Assembly: GCA_030747675.1 (NCBI GenBank)
Contig: JASLKH010000078.1
Coordinates: 1-17,276, forward strand
DNA: 17,276 nt
Source: Candidatus Thalassarchaeaceae archaeon
GTDB lineage: Archaea > Thermoplasmatota > Poseidoniia > Poseidoniales > Thalassarchaeaceae
Direction: 5' to 3'
Part shown: piece after piece, positions 14,196 to 17,276 of the stretch
Position numbering within the stretch: the stretch's first letter is position 1
Layout: every line of letters begins with the position of its first letter
Notes under the pieces: generated by a model
Database searches by the model: none
Seen by the model: the letters and a program-made list of their open reading frames with translations, nothing else
What the model was told of the DNA's origin: nothing
Position numbers and translations under genes: made by a program

Positions 14196-15365
14196 ATGCG
14201 CATCCTAATTCATGGAAGCGAACGACCATTACACATTCAACAATTCATCCCACTGATGAAATTACTCGATTCAAATCCAAATTCTGAATATATTTTCTTC
14301 CAGTCGAAATCTGATTTACCAATTCAACCAACGAACAAATTATTTCATAGAATTCGGGATTTCTGTTGGGATCGTTTCAACTATGCTCGAAACTCTTTCA
14401 ATCCAAAAGATTGGCGTTGGATTTGGAAACAAAAAGGACAAGGTCCAAACAAATTAGAATCTCCTGCAGAGCAATGGGAATTCCCATGCCCTCCAACAAA
14501 ATCGAATATCCCATGGAAGCCAGACCTCGTTATTGGGACAACACCGCATGAAGGACATATGCGCTACCAACTAATACCGTGGGCAAGCAAAAATAACATC
14601 CCAATTCTTTCAATTGACCATGGAGCACCCATGGTTCCTTATTCATTTGGAAACTATCGTGGTTCGATGATGGGTTGCACTGCAAACGCAGTTTGGGGCG
14701 AAGTTTCGAAAACAATCAATACAGGTTATGGTGCACCATCCACCGGTCAAATAATCACAGGTTCCCCAACTCTTGATGAGTTATCCTCCATGGACGTATC
14801 AAAGAAAACATCCCGCAAACAAATTCTCTTAATGACCACACATCGTGAACCACTTAAATCGGCTATGGATTCAATGATGGAGCGAGTCATTGAGCAATAC
14901 ATTTCCAATACAGAATTCGAAATTGTAGTCAAACCCCACCCTGTTGAATTAATCAGAGGCACATTACAAAAATTACCTCAAGAAATCCGAATAATCACCG
15001 AACAAGGTGATTTGCATGCTTGTATGCAAGCAGCACACTGTATTGTTTCTCCTGCAACATCTGTCATTATTCCAGCACTTGCAATGGGGATACCATTTGT
15101 CAACATCCTGCAACCAGGCAGTGGTTTAACCGATGAAAAGGAACTCCAAATCTTGAATCAACACATTGGTTTAGCCACTTTCACCCCTGAACAACTTGAG
15201 GATGTAGTTGAAGGCCGATTAACTCCCGATCCCAATGAGTGCAAAATTGCATTCGAGCGATTGGGCTACAAAGCAGATGGGCAAAATGCAGCTAGAGTAT
15301 TACATCTAGCAAAACACATCGTCTTGGGCAATGAACCCGATACATGGACAGACCCATTTAATTGA
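14196..15365 (+). CDS. Hypothetical GT-B-like protein, candidate nonulosonate transferase (TagF/SpsB or UDP-GlcNAc 2-epimerase-like fold)
   Basis: IDHG, ITGSPTLD, VVKPHP, L..C...AHCIVSPATSVIIPALAMGIP (the GT-B 'S....EA...G.P' region); last gene of the neu operon. ATG 14196 has GGAG 8 nt upstream; GTG 14178 is the alternative. Confidence 0.6.
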   Translation: MRILIHGSERPLHIQQFIPLMKLLDSNPNSEYIFFQSKSDLPIQPTNKLFHRIRDFCWDRFNYARNSFNPKDWRWIWKQKGQGPNKLESPAEQWEFPCPPTKSNIPWKPDLVIGTTPHEGHMRYQLIPWASKNNIPILSIDHGAPMVPYSFGNYRGSMMGCTANAVWGEVSKTINTGYGAPSTGQIITGSPTLDELSSMDVSKKTSRKQILLMTTHREPLKSAMDSMMERVIEQYISNTEFEIVVKPHPVELIRGTLQKLPQEIRIITEQGDLHACMQAAHCIVSPATSVIIPALAMGIPFVNILQPGSGLTDEKELQILNQHIGLATFTPEQLEDVVEGRLTPDPNECKIAFERLGYKADGQNAARVLHLAKHIVLGNEPDTWTDPFN

Positions 15366-16434
15366 GTCTAGCCATCAACGTTCGGCCAGCAAAGGATTGT
15401 TCAATATCTGTTTCTGAAACGGTGACTAGACCACTCCCATCAGTAAGAGTAATTGCGTGGAAGTTACCTATTTGCAGCAAACGCTCCCCTTTTGCCGGTA
15501 GCACTCTCATCTCACTTTCACGTAAGAGAACCCCCTCTTCCACACGTGCGATCCAGAGAGGCGCACGCCACCGGAAAACACGTTCATTTATGGCACTCCT
15601 TCTTGTGTAAATAAGATGCAAACCTCCTTTGGTAACCACCCATCGCTGTTGGGTTGTATCTGTAACCAAAGGCATACCATCGTCAAATTCCCAATTTGTA
15701 ATTTCTGACCAGTTTAATCCATTATCAGATATTGACCAATAACCCCGCCCATCTTCAGCGCGTATTGTCATCCAATATTTCCCCCCCGATTCAATTAGCG
15801 AAGGCTCAAGCAACCCCCTCCCTGCCTCCAAATTAAGTGAGTTACTATTATCCAGAACCACAATCTCCTCTGCTGTAACAGAAAGTTGCAGAACTGCAAC
15901 CCCCCTTCCCCCATCTGAATTAGTATGTGAAACAGGCAAAAGAATCGAACCATCCTCAAGCGTTACCCTTTGCGCACAACCAGCATATAACGAACGAGCG
16001 CACCTTTTATCATCCCACTTAAGGAACCGACGTTCAGACCAAAATCCATCCCGATCAAGAAATGTGTAAATGGTTTTTCTATTCTCATTAGCACTAGCTA
16101 AAACCCCATTGCAATAATACACATTTTGGCCGATTAGAAGCAAGCGACCATCTGCTAATTCGGAAGGAACAACATCACAAACAGCTTCTTCCCATTCTCC
16201 TTCAACTCCAGCATTAAACACTGATCTTTGCAAACTTGTAACTGGAACAGGCTCACTCCAATTTCGCCCCCTATCTTCACTCCATGCAATATGTACACCC
16301 TCATAGCCATCTTCAGCATTGATTCGTTGACAAGTCATAACCAACCGACCGTCGGCCAATTGACATGTCCTTGGAGAAAACCATGCCCCAACATCAGAAA
16401 CCGCCGGCCATATCACCGTTTGTTCGATTTCCAT
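15358..16434 (-). CDS. BNR/Asp-box beta-propeller, sialidase-like (exo-alpha-sialidase family); no signal peptide seen
   Basis: Asp-boxes SEDRGRNW and SDNGLNW; RGLLEPSL, WEFDDG, TQQRW, LIYTRR, RWRAPLWIA, GNF. ATG 16434 has GGAGGGGGT upstream; ATG 16455 is the alternative. Confidence 0.75.
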   Translation of the reverse strand: MEIEQTVIWPAVSDVGAWFSPRTCQLADGRLVMTCQRINAEDGYEGVHIAWSEDRGRNWSEPVPVTSLQRSVFNAGVEGEWEEAVCDVVPSELADGRLLLIGQNVYYCNGVLASANENRKTIYTFLDRDGFWSERRFLKWDDKRCARSLYAGCAQRVTLEDGSILLPVSHTNSDGGRGVAVLQLSVTAEEIVVLDNSNSLNLEAGRGLLEPSLIESGGKYWMTIRAEDGRGYWSISDNGLNWSEITNWEFDDGMPLVTDTTQQRWVVTKGGLHLIYTRRSAINERVFRWRAPLWIARVEEGVLLRESEMRVLPAKGERLLQIGNFHAITLTDGSGLVTVSETDIEQSFAGRTLMARLN

Positions 16435-16478
16435 GTACCCTGATACCCCCTCCATCTTTTTTGTCCTCCCGTCTGCAC

Positions 16479-16500
16479 ATCACGTTCAAATCAAAGTGAT
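16479..16500. promoter_or_regulatory. Imperfect palindrome in the divergent sialidase / CocE spacer (candidate operator)
   Basis: ATCACGTT-CAAATC-AAAGTGAT: 7 of 8 arm positions pair. Confidence 0.35.
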
Positions 16501-16515
16501 ATCCCCCACCCCCAC

Positions 16516-17276
16516 ATGGGTCGGCGCCTCCAAGCGACAATCATCGCCTTCCTGTTTATTGTTACAAGTTTCACTGGATGTCTAGGCTCTAAAACGGTTA
16601 AAGAAACAGAAGAAATCGAATCCTACCCTGATATTTACAAACGTCATGAATTGAATTGGAATATGAGCCACACCCACTCTTTCCTTCTCAATACTGGCCC
16701 ATATTCTGTATTGGATGTTCAGGAAGAAACAATTCAAGTGGATACAACGGGGGTGTGGGAGGGTGGCCCAAATTCCGCCGAAGTTCACCTTTCTTATTGG
16801 CTCCCTTCAAACACTGTATCTGGTGAAAAAGTACCAGTAATTGCAATCGTTAGCCCCTATTTTTCATATGGCCAACCAGGTGATGAATCCAATCCAACCA
16901 ACATCGTTGGTGCAGGGCGAGGTGCCTTTCTCTATGACAATTTCATTCCACATGGTTATGCTCTAGCCCAAGTAGCAGTATTTGCAACCGAGGAAAGTAC
17001 AGGATGTTTTGATTATCGAGGTGACGGCGAAGGCCTCAGTATTCACACTGCAGTTGAATGGCTAGGCACCCAAAATTGGAGCAATGGGAATGTAGCGATT
17101 TACGGCAAATCATACGAAGGCGCCACAGCTTGGGAAGCCGCAGCCCAAGGTAGCGACCATCTCAAAACGATAGTTCCCATTTCAGGGACAACAGCACTCG
17201 GCCCTCTTCTTTACAAAAATGGAAGTGCTGAAGCGCGTAGTCAAGTGATGCATTCTAATTATGGAGGTAGCATATT
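16516..17276 (+). CDS. CocE/NonD (peptidase S15-like) alpha/beta hydrolase lipoprotein, 3'-truncated by the window edge
   Basis: Not in the ORF track because it has no stop. My translation is open to the window end: MGRRLQATIIAFLFIVTSFTGCLG (lipobox Cys22), VPVIAIVSPY, PHGYALAQV, STGCFD, AVEWLGTQNWSNGNVAIYGKSYEG (nucleophile Ser codon 17110-17112), LKTIVPISG. Confidence 0.9.
   Translation, partial: MGRRLQATIIAFLFIVTSFTGCLGSKTVKETEEIESYPDIYKRHELNWNMSHTHSFLLNTGPYSVLDVQEETIQVDTTGVWEGGPNSAEVHLSYWLPSNTVSGEKVPVIAIVSPYFSYGQPGDESNPTNIVGAGRGAFLYDNFIPHGYALAQVAVFATEESTGCFDYRGDGEGLSIHTAVEWLGTQNWSNGNVAIYGKSYEGATAWEAAAQGSDHLKTIVPISGTTALGPLLYKNGSAEARSQVMHSNYGGSI

Noticed and set aside
11855-16434. Glycan cluster as a mobile genomic island
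   Set aside because: No integrase, transposase, tRNA target or flanking direct repeats are visible. Parts look somewhat more AT-rich by eye, but this needs a computed GC and codon scan.
16582-16788. 68 aa minus-strand ORF at the right end
   Set aside because: It is antisense to the CocE/NonD lipoprotein frame, which is open from 16516 and has clear motifs.
1-17276. CRISPR array, rRNA, IS elements or anti-phage defence genes
   Set aside because: No repeat-spacer periodicity, no non-coding gap over about 100 nt, and no transposase or defence-domain motifs were seen.

Overview
Gene-dense archaeal window. Group II chaperonin, prefoldin alpha, a PINA-type KH tail and an archaeal GC lipobox point to Euryarchaeota/Thermoplasmatota; marine Poseidoniales-like is my inference, not a database result. 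I see 19 supportable CDSs (two cut by the window edges) and no rRNA, tRNA, CRISPR array or mobile element. Left to right: PINA-like ATPase C-terminus, a divergent thermosome subunit, purH; on the minus strand a multidomain Tudor/EF-hand/Tudor-knot protein and a GlmU-like nucleotidyltransferase; a pfdA-ftsY-DUF1844-pseudo-receiver run; a small membrane protein, URA3-type pyrF and an SDR on the minus strand; a nonulosonic (sialic-like) acid operon (membrane protein, neuA-like, GT2, neuB-like, GT-B protein); a convergent sialidase-like propeller; and a CocE/NonD lipoprotein missing from the ORF track. The most striking item is the ~430 aa protein at 3852-5144, which strings together eukaryote-style methyl-reader barrels and a calmodulin/myosin-light-chain-like EF-hand pair. 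Several housekeeping-looking proteins also carry substitutions at normally invariant catalytic residues (thermosome, NTase, receiver, PyrF). All family calls come from motif recognition by eye.
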